Positions 10,861 to 23,072 of a DNA stretch of 27,268 nucleotides are shown piece after piece. The translations under genes and the position numbers were made by a program. The notes under the pieces are model-generated. The model did no database searches. It saw only the letters and a program-made list of their open reading frames with translations, and was not told the DNA's origin. Source of the DNA: Rhodospirillales bacterium (GTDB lineage Bacteria > Pseudomonadota > Alphaproteobacteria > Bin95). The stretch covers positions 1 to 27,268 of the forward strand of contig JAYQLI010000020.1 in NCBI GenBank assembly GCA_038143065.1, given 5' to 3'. Numbering within the stretch: the stretch's first letter is position 1; every line of letters starts with the position of its first letter.

Positions 10861-11924
10861 ATGCTCTCGCTAATTTATATTTCAGTTATTGCGACTTTAC
10901 TTGCTACAGCGCTTGTCATTGCTTTTGATCCTCTTTCAAGACGCCTGGGCCTTGTCGATAAGCCGTCGGGGCGCAAGCAGCATGAAGGTGAGATACCGCT
11001 TATCGGGGGTCCGGTAATTTTGCTTGTGCTCATTATTGGGATTTTGATTTTTGTTCCGAACCCCTCCCGAGCGGGATAATGGCGGGAACCATGCTCGTCA
11101 TTCTAGGGGTGGTTGACGACAGACAGCCTGTTCCAGCAATCATAAAGCTTGTTTTCCATGTCGCTGCTGCCACCATTGTTGTAATGGACGAAAACCTAGT
11201 AATTTCTAATATTGGCATTTTTAACGAAACATTTGGTTCACCAGACTTTTCCACATTACATTTTGTCTTAGCTATTTTTGCCATTACAGCGGCCATCAAT
11301 GCCTTCAATATGATCGACGGCATTGATGGCCTAGCTGCTAGTATGGCACTGCTAGCACTCACCCACGCAAACCTTGCCTTCAACCTGATTCACGGCGCAA
11401 CACCTCCCGACTATGCCGTTTTCGTTGTTTTGTTTTCGGGCGCAATCGCAGGGTTTTTAATGTTTAATCTGCAAATTTTTAACGGCCGAAAGGTCTTCCT
11501 CGGTGACAGCGGTTCCATGCTAATCGGCCTAATTGTCTCAAATGCCATCATTGCCGCAAGCCAGGACACTGCAAGGCTGTTGGAAAGTCCAAAAATCCCT
11601 GCATCTTTATGCCTATGGCTTATTGCGATACCAATTACCGACATAACAAGCATTGTAATTGGAGGCTTGCCAGCGGTCGTTCGTTATTGGCGCCGGACCG
11701 AACACATTTACATCATAAAATTATGGACATTGGGTTTTCGGCCCGACGAACTTTACTTATTTTGATCTTATCCGCTGTAGGAGCTTTTTGGCTCGGTTAC
11801 GGCCTGACCATCCAATTCGGCGAAGCGATTAGCATCATTGATTTTAGCATTCATGCCGACCTTTTATCTCTCAATTCAGTGGGTCTGCAAGTGTCTTCGC
11901 GACCTCAGATCGGCAGGGCTCTAA
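10861..11924 (+). CDS. wecA: WecA/MraY-family undecaprenyl-phosphate HexNAc-1-phosphate transferase (frameshifted)
   Basis: GLVDKPSGRKQHEGEIPLIGG, LGVVDD, INAFNMIDGIDGLA, KVFLGDSGS, PDRTHLHH. Confidence 0.88.
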
Positions 11925-11973
11925 ACAATCACCTTTATCAAATTTCTCTAAGTCAGGCGTTTGGCGTCTGGGT

Positions 11974-14075
11974 ATGGGGCAAATAGATATATCTTGCACA
12001 CATGTTTCTGTTAGAGGCGCGATAATCATCTCCTACTCAGCGCAACTGCCTTTTCCGCTCAAGCGCAAACTGGTGGGGCGTGGGAAGCGCGCGAAATTAC
12101 AGCAGATGATAAGCGCAGCATTATCAATGCGAGCGGGGATGTCGAATTTTCTAGTGCGACCAGCCGCCTTACAACCAACAGCCTGACCTATAATCAAAAC
12201 ACCCAGCAATTGGTCCTCGCCAATAGGCTTCGTTTGATTGATGAAAACGGAGACACAATTGTCGCCGATAGCGGTGTCTTGGATAATGCGCTAGAGAAGG
12301 GTCATTTTGTCAACATGCGCTTGAGCACTGCTGCGGCAGCCGCTTGCAGGCTAAATCGGCCGAGCGCAATGGTTCAGAGCTTTGAAGACGCGACTTACAC
12401 GACATGTCGCGAATGCGAAGAACCTGATAGAGCTCCGCTTTGGCAAATTCGAGCTTCTCGCATTGATTATGATCGAGAAGCGCAAAACGTCATATATGCT
12501 CATCCTCGGCTTGAGGTTTATGGCCTGCCGGTATTTTATTTGCCCTATATGGCCCATGCTGGTCCCGAAATTGACAAACGCAGCGGCTTTTTGACCCCAG
12601 CTACGTCCGGTCAAACGACTTCGGCACGGCGGTTGATATGCCATATTTTTTCAACCTCGCGCCCAATTACGACCTGACACTAACGCAGCGTTTGAGCGAC
12701 CAACAAGACCCTTTCATCACCGGCGAATGGCGCCACTTAACTGTTAATGGCAGCTATCGCCTAACCGGCTATGCACACCGACCACAAGATGAATTGGCCG
12801 AGGATAGTAACCAAGAATTGCGGGGGTGGCATTATTGGTGATGGACAGTTCGAGCTAGGCGATTGGTCGCTAAATTTGCGTTGCAAGACGCAACTGATGA
12901 TATGTTTTTCCGCCGCTATAAAATATCCAACGAAGCGCGCCTGAGCAGCAATCTGTTAGCGCAGCGGCGCTTAGGCAATCATCTCATCAGCCTTGAAGCT
13001 TTTCATTTTCGTGAAACATTATCGGTAGAAACGGCCTCGACAGTAGGTGCCGTCTTGCCAAGCCTGACGCATCACTATGACTTTCCCGAGCCATTTTTTG
13101 GCGGCAGCTTGGCCATGACTAACCACCTGACCCATCGTCAGCGAGACCTTGATGTCGATGAGACAAGACTGTCCTCCATGCTCAATTGGTCATGGCGGCA
13201 CAACGCAAGTGGTTTGTGCTTTCAGCCAACAATCGCCTGATACTTGATGCCTATGATTTCACCATTGAAGAAGGCGATGAAAGCAGCAGCGCCGCCGCCG
13301 CCATTGATGAGGTGCTGAGCGCCAATAGCGCCGCCTTCACCTTGGCCTATCCGCTTCAGCGCAGTGCCCAAATGACCGGCAGACATTATCTCCAGTTGTA
13401 GCTCGTCTTGGCCGATGTGGCTGAGGATTATGACGCGATTCCGCACATTGGTCAGACGACGCGTGACCTGACCAAAAGCCAGCTTTTCCAACCGCTCACG
13501 CCAAAAGACGAGGCCAGCCGCATCAATCTCGGCCTTGACCATGAGCTGAGCTTTAAAGACCGGCTGGACATCGCGCTTTTTTATCGGTCAATCCTATAAT
13601 CTGAGAGATGAAAGCTTTGACCTGCGCTCGGGCTTCGAGACGACCGCTCGGCGCTGATTACCGGAAGCGGCGCTTTATGCCGGTGCACTGAGCCTCACCC
13701 AACAAGCGCGCTTCAGCGATGATGGCAGTGCGCTTTGCAGCGACAGCAAAATGGCTTTGGCTTTTGAAGCTTTCAATATTGGCCTCGACCATAGCTTCTA
13801 TGAAGCCGGGCAAACCAGCGCGAATGCCGATGACCCATTGGAAGAAGCGACCGGTCGATTAGGCTGGCAAAATGAGCCGAAACTGGCGCCTTGATGCCAG
13901 CCTGCGAGAAAATCTGAAGAAAAAAGGGTTCGGGCCGATGCGGCTTTTAACGCCTATGAAGATGACTGTACTCCTCATCACAATCAGCTTTGACCGCGAT
14001 TATTCGCGCATAGGCAATATTGAGCCCGATACCAGTATCAATTTCACCTTTTACCCTGAAACCATCGGCAACTGA
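11974..14075 (+). CDS. lptD: LPS-assembly outer-membrane protein LptD (heavily frameshifted; start approximate)
   Basis: ATYTTCREC, PLWQIRASRI, VYGLPVFYLPYMAH...KRSGFLTP, PYFFNLAPNYDLTLT, TDDMFFRRY, YEDDC, FDRDYSRIGNIEPDTSINFTF. Confidence 0.88.
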
Positions 14076-14116
14076 GCCTAACGCCCACCCGCGCCTGACT
14101 TTATAAAAACTGTAAA

Positions 14117-14920
14117 TCAGAACCATTCCGCCACTATAGGCGACATCTTCCTTGAACAGGGGACTGTCCTGATTGGTCGCGCCATCATAAAGCTCGACAT
14201 TGCCTCCAATAAAAACCGCAAACTATCATTAACCGGATAAGATAATCCGAGGCCGATTTCTGCCCCGATATAACCAGCTTCGGCCGCATATAAGGGCCGG
14301 AGCGGTGTGTCATAGGCATCCGTGACCTCAAAGAAATAACGATTGAGACGCTGATTGCCGAACAGCAATTCAAGATCGGCTTGCCAGCTTAAATTAAGAT
14401 GCGTTTTTGATTGCAGCTCATAGACAAAACTCGGCTCAAACAGGAACCCTTTGGTGTCAAAGTCGGCCAGTGAAATGACCGAGCGGGCTCGCAATTTAAC
14501 GTCGAAAAGCCCCTCCCAGTTGCCATAATCGTTACGTCCGGCATGCCAGATAACTTGAGGCCAATCTCGAAAAGGAAATCCAAATCAGGCATGCCTTCAC
14601 GGTCGGCATCATCTTCTGAACTGGCAGGCAGGGAAGCACCCAGCGATAAATCCAATTCAATCGCGGTCATTGGCAAACGCCAAGGCGCGAAAGGCGCCTT
14701 CATCGCCGACAGAGAAGACATCGCCGCGATAAATAACATAGGGCTGATAAAGGCGAGCGGTGGTTTCATCATCAGCTGCCGGATAGGCCGGACCGCTAAA
14801 TAGCGGTTGACGAAACCGGCTTCCCATAGCGGTTCATCAAGTGGTCCTCGGCAACGGCCGCGGAAATCAAACCGGCGCTTATGGCAACAATAGGGCAAAA
14901 TTATTTTTCAGGCCGTTCAT
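14117..14920 (-). CDS. MipA/OmpV-family outer-membrane protein (frameshifted)
   Basis: PLWEAG, ELDLSLGASLPASSEDDADREGMPDLDFLFEIG, NRYFFEV...RPLYAAEAGYIG, aromatic C-terminal residue. Confidence 0.78.
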
Positions 14921-15089
14921 CAATGCTTCTTTGTTGCAGATCTTGCTGCATTTTTTGTGCCACACCGTCTTTTCCAGTCAAGGCCGGCAAAATGATGAAA
15001 ATGCAGCTCCAAACAAAAGCAATAAGAGCAATGGCGATAAATACCATGTGGCTATCGACCGGCTTCTTGGCCGGATTCATCCTCGACAT
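14901..15089 (-). CDS. Small single-pass membrane protein, unknown function (62 aa)
   Basis: Strong GGAGGAG RBS, one hydrophobic helix VFIAIALIAFVWSCIFIILPAL, overlaps the MipA start. Confidence 0.65.
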   Translation of the reverse strand: MSRMNPAKKPVDSHMVFIAIALIAFVWSCIFIILPALTGKDGVAQKMQQDLQQRSIDERPEK

Positions 15090-15201
15090 GAAGTCTCCTC
15101 CAACGCCAAAAACCCTAATCAGATTGCGGTTTTTTTACAAGCGCCAACGCCCTTGCCTTACCCTCATGGCGATTGGCTAGGTTTTCTGTCGGAGGAATTC
15201 C

Positions 15202-15411
15202 ATGCAGGTAAAAAGTGAAATTGCCGGCAGTGTTTGGAAAATCATTGCCGAGACGGAGCCGATTTGGCTGCCGATGATGTCATTGTCATATTGGAATCCA
15301 TGAAAATGGAAATTCCGGTGGTCGCGCCAAAAGGCGGCAAGCTGACGGAACTTCATGTGGCTGAGGGCGATATGGTTGGCGAAGGCCAGTTAATAGCGAC
15401 ATTTAGACTAG
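15202..15411 (+). CDS. Stand-alone biotin carboxyl carrier protein (frameshifted)
   Basis: GGAGG RBS; MQVKSEIAGSVWKI...ILESMKMEIPVVAPKGG...VAEGDMVGEGQLI with the biotinylation motif ESMKM. Confidence 0.9.
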
Positions 15412-15428
15412 CGCATGGGGCGCAACAC

Positions 15429-16984
15429 ATGAGCTGGGACAAAGACATTGACGAGATTAAAGAGCGGCGCAAGCTCGCCAAACGACAAGGCGGTAAAGAT
15501 GTCAAAACTATCATGGTGGCCGCCTGACGGTTCGCGAGTTTACTGATGCGCCGCTGCTCGAGTCAAAACAGCTTGACGAGGTCGGCGAAGGCGCAGGCGT
15601 GCCCGAATATGATGATGCGGGCAAACTGGAAGGGATTTTCAGCCCGCCAATTTTGTGCTCGGATTCGGCCAAATTGACGGCCGCAAGGATTGTCGGCGGC
15701 GAAGATTTCACCGTACGCGGCGGCTCGCCCAATCCGGCGGGTTTGCGCAAAAGCGTTATACCGAGCAATTGGCGCTGCAATATAAAGTGCCGCTTATTCG
15801 CTTGCATGAGGGTGGTGGCGGTTCGGTCGGTGGCACCAATAAGGAGAAAATCGGCGTCCTTTGGGCGAGCCGGTGTTTTCACAATCGCGCTTTGTGCCTT
15901 TGGCCGAAACCCTGTCTGCCGTGCCGGTGGCTTCTGCCGCTTTGGGGCCCGTCGCTGGCCTGCCGGCGGCCTGCCTTGTGGCATCGCATTTCACGGTGAT
16001 GACGCAAAATGCCGCCGTGTTGATTGCCGGACCACAAGTGGTCAAGCGCGCTCGGCCATGATATGACCAAGGAAGAATTGGGCGGCCCGCAGTGCATTTA
16101 AGCTCCGGCGCGATTGATAATTTGGCCGAAGATGAAGACGATGCGATGGGTGCAAATTCGCCGCTTTTTGTCGTTTCTGCCCGATAATGCCTGGGCCTAT
16201 CCTGAAAAATTACCCTGTAAAGACAAAGCCGATCGCTGCGAAGACAGCCTTGCCGATATTGTGCCGACCAATCGCCGCCAGCCTTTTCAAATGCGTAAAA
16301 TCATTGAAGCTGTGGTTGACCGTAACGGGGACGGTTCGAGCTTTTTTGAAATGTCGCGCAAATATGGCCCCAGCCTCATTACCGGCTTAGCCCGTCTTGA
16401 TGGCGAGAGCGTCGGCATTATCGGCAATGATTGTATGTATTATGCCGGTGCCATGACGGCAGCGGCGGCACAAAAACTGCGCCGCTTTGTCGATTTCGCA
16501 ACAGCTTCCATTTGCCGATTGTCAGTTTTGTCGATGAGCCGGGGCTTATGATTGGCCCCGATAGCGAGCAAGCCGGCACCATTCGTCACGGCACGGCTGC
16601 CATTTCCGCCGTATTGCAAAGCCGCGTGCCCTGGGCCAGTGCAAGTGCTGAAGGCTTCGGTGTCGCCGCACAGGCACATTTCGGCCCGACGGCTATGTGT
16701 TGTTCGGCCGAGGGCTGCCAGCGGGGCGCTGTCTGTCGAAGGCGTGGCGTTGCTTTTGCCTTTGCGAGATTGCGGCGGCCGAAGATCCAGCGGCGCGGCA
16801 AAAGGAAATTGGAAGATATGTTGGCGGCCAGCCAATCACCCTTCCCACGCGCGGAAGGCCTGTCCGTGCATGAAATTATCGACTGGCGCGAAACGCGGCC
16901 AAAATTAATTAGCTGGCTACGCCTTTCGCCGTGGCGTTATGCAGACTCAATCGCCTGTCTCATATGACCGGCATGCGGCCTTAA
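15429..16984 (+). CDS. Acyl-CoA carboxylase carboxyltransferase (beta) subunit (frameshifted)
   Basis: MSWDKDIDEIKERR, HGGRLTVRE, VGGEDFTVRGGS, RLHEGGGGSV, GPVAGLPA, AGPQVVKRA, ITGLARLDG, FVDEPGLMIG, EIIDWRETRP. Confidence 0.9.
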
Positions 16985-17002
16985 ATTTCTTGAGGGAAAA
17001 AA

Positions 17003-18116
17003 ATGAGTGGAAATCGCCAAATCGTATCAACCGCCACCGCCAAGGGTGAGCTTATTTTATCGCTTGTCGAAAATGACATGCCAACAACCCAATGATGACG
17101 AGGTCGTTGCTCGAAATCGGAGCCGCACCGATTAATCCATCGGATATGTTTCCGCTCTGGGTTTTGCCGATTACTGCGCGCAAGCTCGTAATCACAATGA
17201 AAAAATGATTGCGCCCGTGCCGGAGCAATTTGTCGATGCTACAGGGCACGGTCGACCAAACCCTGCCGGTCGGCAATGAAGGTGCCGGTCGCGCCGTCGC
17301 GGCAGGGGCCAATGCCAAACATTTGGAAGGCAAAATGGTCTCACTGGTATCCGCCAATGCTATCAGCAATTCGTCAAAGCGCCTGCTTTCATGCGCCTGC
17401 CACATCATGATGATGACGACAGCCGAAGAGGCTGCCTTTCTTACGTCAATCCATTGACCGCGCTCGGCTTTATCGAAACGCTGGAAAGCCGAAGGCCATG
17501 GCTGGGCGGTGCATACTGCCGCCGCTTCCAATCTTTGGGCAAATGGTTTTGAAAATTGGCCTACAAGTAAGGCATTGATTTGATTTGCGTCATTCGTTCG
17601 GACGAACAGGCAAAAATCCTAAAAGATTTGGGCCAAATATGTCATCAATTCAAATGATGATGATTTCAAAGCGCAGTTGGTTGATGCCATGGCTGAAAAC
17701 CGAGGCGACTTTGGGTTTTGACGCTATCGGGGCGGGTGATATGGCTTGATTGACGCTTTATTGGCCTGCATGGAGCGCGCGCTCAGTCGCAATGCGCCGG
17801 GTCTCAATACTTACGGCCTTACCAGCACAAGCAGGTCGGAGGATTTTACGGTCGCTTGGCGCAAGGGCCCGTCACTTTGGGACAAGCTATGGCACATTGG
17901 GGTGTCGGCGGCTGGTTGCCGACGCTGTTTTTGCAGAAAATCGGTTTGAGCGCATGGGCGAATTACAAGCTCCGTGGCCAATGAGATTAAACCACTTTTG
18001 CCAGCCATATCACCGATGAGCTGAGTTGGTGGAAGCGATTTATCCGGAGAATATTGCGCGCTATATGCCGAAAAAACCGGTGAGAAATATCTAATCAAGC
18101 CGCAAAAAGGCTGTAA
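17003..18116 (+). CDS. MDR-family (zinc-binding/quinone oxidoreductase-like) dehydrogenase (frameshifted)
   Basis: AAPINPSD, PVGNEGAGR, VHTAAASNL, LGFDAIGAG, FASHITDEL, TGEKYLIKP. Confidence 0.82.
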
Positions 18117-18120
18117 TCGC

Positions 18121-18632
18121 TCAATCGTTCAATTTATCGAGGCCGAATTTGATCCCCGGCATGGTGAATATAATGGCGTTCATCGGGCGAGATTTGTCCG
18201 TCCGATGTCGCTATCGCCTGCAAATAATCGAAGATTTCCGCTTTGCCTAAGGGCAAAAGCGGCGCCACCGCATCGACCACATATACTGATTGAAACGGCA
18301 ATTGCTTGGCGGCCGAACGACCACTTTCAAAATCCTGATCGTTAAAATTGGAATGAGCCGGGCGCCCAGCTTTTCAGCCATATCAACTCGTTCTGCTCAA
18401 CCTGCCCGTCAGCCAACACCATGGCGGCGGCTAGCCCGTAAACAATATTCAGAAAACTGTTTTCGCGTTGTTTGACCAATTGGCCGAGCCGGTCTTTTCA
18501 TGCGCTTTTTCAACTTTTTTCAAAACCGTGTTGTCGCTACTCTTGCGGCGGCGCAGCAGAAATATAATCAGCAGTAAAACAACAATCAGAGCGCCGCTCA
18601 AAGCGGCCATAACTCCGAATAGGCATAGCCAT
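18121..18632 (-). CDS. TerB-like domain protein with N-terminal membrane anchor (frameshifted; missing from the ORF track)
   Basis: TM segment ALIVVLLLIIFLLRRRK, then two TerB-type motifs AAAMVLADGQVEQxE and LQAIATSDGQISPDE. Confidence 0.7.
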
Positions 18633-18715
18633 AAACCTCTTTATAAGATGACTAATTTACTGCCAGGAACTGTTTATGGCACCGCCGTAGCGGCCGCCTA
18701 TAGTTTCAGGAAGTG

Positions 18716-18744
18716 AAAAGCCGGGCAAAAAGCTCGGCTTTTTT
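18716..18744. terminator. Rho-independent terminator downstream of yghU
   Basis: AAAAGCCGGGC-AAAAA-GCTCGGCTTTT hairpin with A/T tracts on both sides. Confidence 0.8.
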
Positions 18745-19593
18745 ATTTAGCCTCCAGCACGGCATCTATATCGGCCGCACTATGGCGCTCCAGCGCCGTC
18801 TTGTCGCCCCATGGCCGATTGACAATACTGCCGCGCTTCACCGCCGGCCGGTCGGCAATCTGCTTGGCCCAACGATTGAGGTTCTTATATTCCTGTACTT
18901 GCAAGAACTCGGCTGAATCATACAAAAGACCGGATGCCAATGCGCCATACCACGGCCATGTTGCCATATCGGCAATAGTGTAATCTTTACCCGCGAGATA
19001 GTCATGTTCGGCCAAATGGCGGTCCAAGACATCCATTTGTCGCTTCACCTCCATAGCAAAACGGTTAATCGGATATTCCATTTTTAAAGGCGCATAGGCG
19101 TAAAAAAATGCCCGAAACCACCGCCCAAATAAGGGCTGAACCCATTTGCCAAAACAGCCAGTTAAAGGTCTCGGCGCGAGACTGCCCCTCATGCGGTAAA
19201 AAGCGTCAAATTTCTCAGCCAAATGCACCACATGGACGCGCTTTCAAACAACCGCACCGGCTGTTTGCCGCTTCTATCCATCATGGCGGGAATTTTTGAA
19301 TTCGGGTTGATATTGACAAAGCCCGAGCCGAATTGGTCGCCTTCGCCAATATTGATAACATGCATCATATTCTGGCTCCCCTCATGGCCAAGCGCCAAAA
19401 GCTCTTCCAACATCACCGTCACTTTCACTCCATTGGGGGTACCCAGTGAATAAAGCTGATAGGGGTGTTCGCCGATCGGCAGCTCTTTATCATGCGTCGC
19501 ACCGGCAATCGGGCGGTTAATATTGGCAAAACGGCTGCCGCTTTCGGCATCCCATTCCCAGATTTTCGGGGCACATATTCGGTTTTGCCTCAT
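18743..19593 (-). CDS. yghU: Glutathione-dependent disulfide-bond oxidoreductase (GST Nu class) (frameshifted)
   Basis: FANINRPIAGATHDKELP, QLYSLGTPNGVKVT, GDQFGSGFVNINPNSKIPA, YAYAPLKMEYPINRFAMEVKRQMDVLD, ERHSAAD. Confidence 0.93.
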
Positions 19594-19651
19594 CGCTGTC
19601 TCCTCATTTGCGTAAAGCTATGCTTAAACGTCGAGGCAAGCGGAAATGGCG

Positions 19652-20101
19652 CTAACTTTTCGGTTGAATAAAAACACCGGTCATGGAGGTGACCGGCTTC
19701 GTCTCATCATCTTGCCAAAGCTGACAAAACACAGTGCCGGTGCGCCGCCCGACTTTCACACACGCGCCTCGGCATGGCACGCCAAAGCACCGAGCGCTGC
19801 GCAAATATTGCACCGTCACAGATTGACCGGCACCGGCATGGCAGCGTGACCCGCTTCAATGCTGTCAACTTGCCGAATGGCAGCCTGTTCGCGCGCCAAT
19901 TGGTAAAACCGCTGTAATTTCCAAAAGCTGGCGAGGCTGCCGCCATGCAAAGGGTAACACCGTTTATTGCCGGACATGATTTTCACTGAAACGGCATGGT
20001 GCAGACCAGGCGCCCACCATTGTCCAGATGCGCCGTAACGCCCAGTTTGCCCGCATAGGCATGGCCGCCAGCACATTTTCTAGCAGGTCCAAATCACCCA
20101 T
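19652..20101 (-). CDS. PaaI-family hot-dog thioesterase (frameshifted)
   Basis: LHGGSLASF motif, PVPVNL, RRTGTVFCQLWQDDETKPV; overlaps the end of the upstream PaaI gene. Confidence 0.72.
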
Positions 20102-20591
20102 CTTCCTGCGCCTTAAAAGGGCTGCCGAGAATATCGGGCACGGAGGCATTGGCACCAGCATGAATGTGCCGGTGCCGACAGCAATCGGTTTTTTGCGGAT
20201 CATCGTTAAACGCTTGCGCATTGAAAAAAGCGATACGCTCGGTCAGGCGATAAATATGCGCCGCAATAGAGGTTTTGCGCGGCGCGGCTGGACGCATATA
20301 ATCGACCCGCAAGTCGACCGTAGCGACAGAGAATTCATGGTCAGTCGCCAGCACAGATGCCCCACCCGCCGTTTCGTCAATCATTGCGGTGACAACGCCA
20401 CCATGCAGCACATCGGTCTCGGCATTGCCGACTAGGCTTTCATGCCATTTCAAACCCGTGCAAATGCGCTTATCACCAAAGCCCATATAGACGAGGCCGA
20501 TATTTTGCCCCATCGGGCTGCGGCTGTCTTGAAACAGAGGCGAAATGTCGATGCCTTGCAGCGCGGGGAAAACAAGATCTGAATCAGACAT
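20094..20591 (-). CDS. PaaI-family hot-dog thioesterase
   Basis: LVGNAETDVLHGGVVTAMIDETAG, ATVDLRVDYMRPAAP, IAVGTGTFM. Confidence 0.85.
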   Translation of the reverse strand: MSDSDLVFPALQGIDISPLFQDSRSPMGQNIGLVYMGFGDKRICTGLKWHESLVGNAETDVLHGGVVTAMIDETAGGASVLATDHEFSVATVDLRVDYMRPAAPRKTSIAAHIYRLTERIAFFNAQAFNDDPQKTDCCRHRHIHAGANASVPDILGSPFKAQEDG

Positions 20592-20663
20592 GTCGGCAAA
20601 ATAACTGAAATTAGGCCAATGGCAACTATTCGTGCGCCCTTGCCGCCAAGCTGTGTCGCTCGG

Positions 20664-21117
20664 CTCAGCCCTGCCGGCGCGGCGGCGCGCAAGCAAATCG
20701 TCAAACCGCGATTCCTCAATAACCGTGCCGTCTTTATCTAAACTTTCGGCAAGTGAATTATCAATAGCTTTCAGTTTGAACAGCACCAGCGCACTTCAGG
20801 GCCGCCGCGCTCCATATGCACATCGCCAGGCTCTTTATGGGCATAATCACCGGCTTTACGGACTTTTGTCGACAATTCTTCGCCGGTCTCAGCGTCAACA
20901 TCGATAACGTGCAATTCACCGGCCAATACAATGGATGTCGTCTCCGCCGTATGGCGGTGAAAATGGTAATAGCTATTGGGAGCTCAGCGATACAACAAAT
21001 CGACATGGCCATCATCGCGAATGCTCAACAGCGACGCTTCATAATCAATTGATAGTCAAAATTGTCATTGCCGACAAAGCGCTTCCATTTCAAATTTTCA
21101 TCATCGAATAAATTCAT
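20664..21117 (-). CDS. Cupin-fold (ChrR-like) protein (frameshifted; 3' end approximate)
   Basis: APNSYYHFHRHTAETTSIVLAGELHV and GDYAHKEPGDVHMERGGP His-rich cupin motifs read across frames. Confidence 0.7.
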
Positions 21118-21200
21118 AACTCAACCCAAAAATGAAATAACTTTCATTTAACAATATTGGAAATAGAGGGGCGGCGCAAGACCGGACCAGCTTGACGGTT

Positions 21201-21514
21201 TTAGGGCTGGCGGGGCCAGACCATCATCGGACAAAGCTTCTGCGCCGGCGGCGCGCCGTTTTCATTACTTTCTTGGCATTAAAACCCGTTGCTCGCGCCC
21301 CGGCAGAAATAGATTTTGTCTTCATATTTGACCCAAACGCGATGCGGCGGCTGGGCATTTGAAAAAGAAAGATGAGGCAGAACTGGCCGATAACTCGCCA
21401 CCCGCCATGATCTCAGGCGGCTCTGATTTCCATTCGGCACGCGCCACCATATCAAGCGACGTTGTTAATAAAACCAGAACAAAAATCCACAAAAAAGGCC
21501 GATACGCTTTTCAT
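21201..21514 (-). CDS. Small putative secreted Cys-containing hypothetical protein (frameshifted)
   Basis: Hydrophobic N-terminus FLWIFVLVLLTTSLDMVARA; later KCPAA, YEDKIYFCRG, KLCPMMVWPRQP*. Reconstruction needs several indels. Confidence 0.4.
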
Positions 21515-21575
21515 ATTTTAAGCCGTATCGGAATTCGACCCACAGCGCAATGATGAGGCGCATATCTACCGGGGG

Positions 21576-23072
21576 CTAGGCGTTCTGCGCACGCAGTTTG
21601 GCCATATAGGCGGTTAAATCTTTTTTGACATCGGGAGCCAAAATATAGAGCCCAATAAGGTTGGGAATGGCCATGATGAAAATCATCGCATCAGCAAATT
21701 CCAGCACCGTATCCATTTGATAGAGGCGCCAATAACAATGAACAGGCAAAAAATAAGGCCAAAGGTTTTTTCTTTGGCTTTGCTCTCACCGAATAAATAA
21801 GTCCAGCCCTTTATGCCGTAATAGGCCCACGCCAACATGGTCGAAAAAGCGAAAATCATCGCTACAAATGAAAGCGGCACGGGCGCCCAAGAAATATTTT
21901 TTTGAAAAAGCCATCGAGGTCAGCTCGATGCCCGACATACCGCTTCCCATAAGTGCTTCAGTCGGCAGGGTGAGAACCAGCACCAAACCGGTCAACGTGC
22001 AAATCACGACTGTGTCGATAAACGGCTCTAATAGAGCGACGAACCCTTCGCTTAGTGGCTCGTCGGTTTGCACGGCGGAATGGGCAATGGCAGCAGAACC
22101 GAGCCCTGCCTCATTGGAGAAGGCGGCCCGCTGAAAGCCTAAAATCATGATGCCGATAAAGCCGCCCGAGACACCTTCCATGGTAAAGGCCGATTTAAAA
22201 ATCAAGACGAAGGCAGCTGGAATAGCCGTCAAATTCATCGCCAGCACCAGCAAGGCCAGCGCCATATAAATCACCACCATAAAGGGCACGAGGCGGACGG
22301 TGATATTGGCAATCGATTTAATGCCGCCGACAATAATAAGACCGACCATAAGCGCCATGACCAATCCGACAAGCCAACCAAAGCCGATCAAGGCTGGGCG
22401 CTCACCGCCCGAAACTTGCAGCAATTGCACATAGGCCTGATTGATTGGAACATATTGCCCGCGCCGAGACAGCCAATAACAATGCTGACGGCAAAAACTG
22501 CCGAGATATTTGCCGAGACGCGGTAGGCCTTTTTCGGCCAGACCATCGCGCAATAATACATCGGCCTGCCCGAGACGGTGCCGTCTTGATTGATAATGCG
22601 ATATTTGACGCCCAATGTGCACTCGACGAATTTGGTCGTCATACCGACCAACCCGGCGACAATCAGCCAGAAGATTGCCCCGGGCCCACCCAATGAGACG
22701 GTAATGGCCACGCCGGCCATATTGCCGACACCAATCGTGCCCGAGATGGCGGCGGTCAGCGCCTGAAAATGGCTTATCTCGCCATCATGCTTGTCATCAT
22801 AAAGTGCCCCGCGCACCACTTTCACCATAGCCAAAGCCGCGCAAATTGATGAAGCCGAGATAAAAGGTAAAAAGAAAGCGCGACAATCAGCCAGACGACA
22901 ATCAGGGTGATTTCTGGCACCGGCCAAATGGCAATGGGCATAGAAGATAAAACGCCGATAATATATTGTAAGCGGCTGAATCAGTTGATTGATTTTTGCA
23001 TCTATGGATTGCGCGGAGGCAGGAAAAGAAAAAATCGAAAAAGTGTAAGCAGAACATAAAAGTTCGGAACAT
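21576..23072 (-). CDS. Alanine/glycine:cation symporter (AGCS, AlsT family) (frameshifted)
   Basis: GEISHFQALTAAISGTIGVGNMAGVA, GGPGAIFW, TKFVECTLGVKYR, GFQRAAFSNEAGLGSAAIAHS, LEPFIDTVVICTLT, FAFSTMLAWAYYG, MAIPNLIG. Confidence 0.93.

Noticed and set aside
20094-20786. Apparent cupin-PaaI fusion ORF (230 aa)
   Set aside because: The linker looks non-coding, a TGA lies one frame away near 20664, and PaaI has its own ATG at 20591. Likely an indel read-through.
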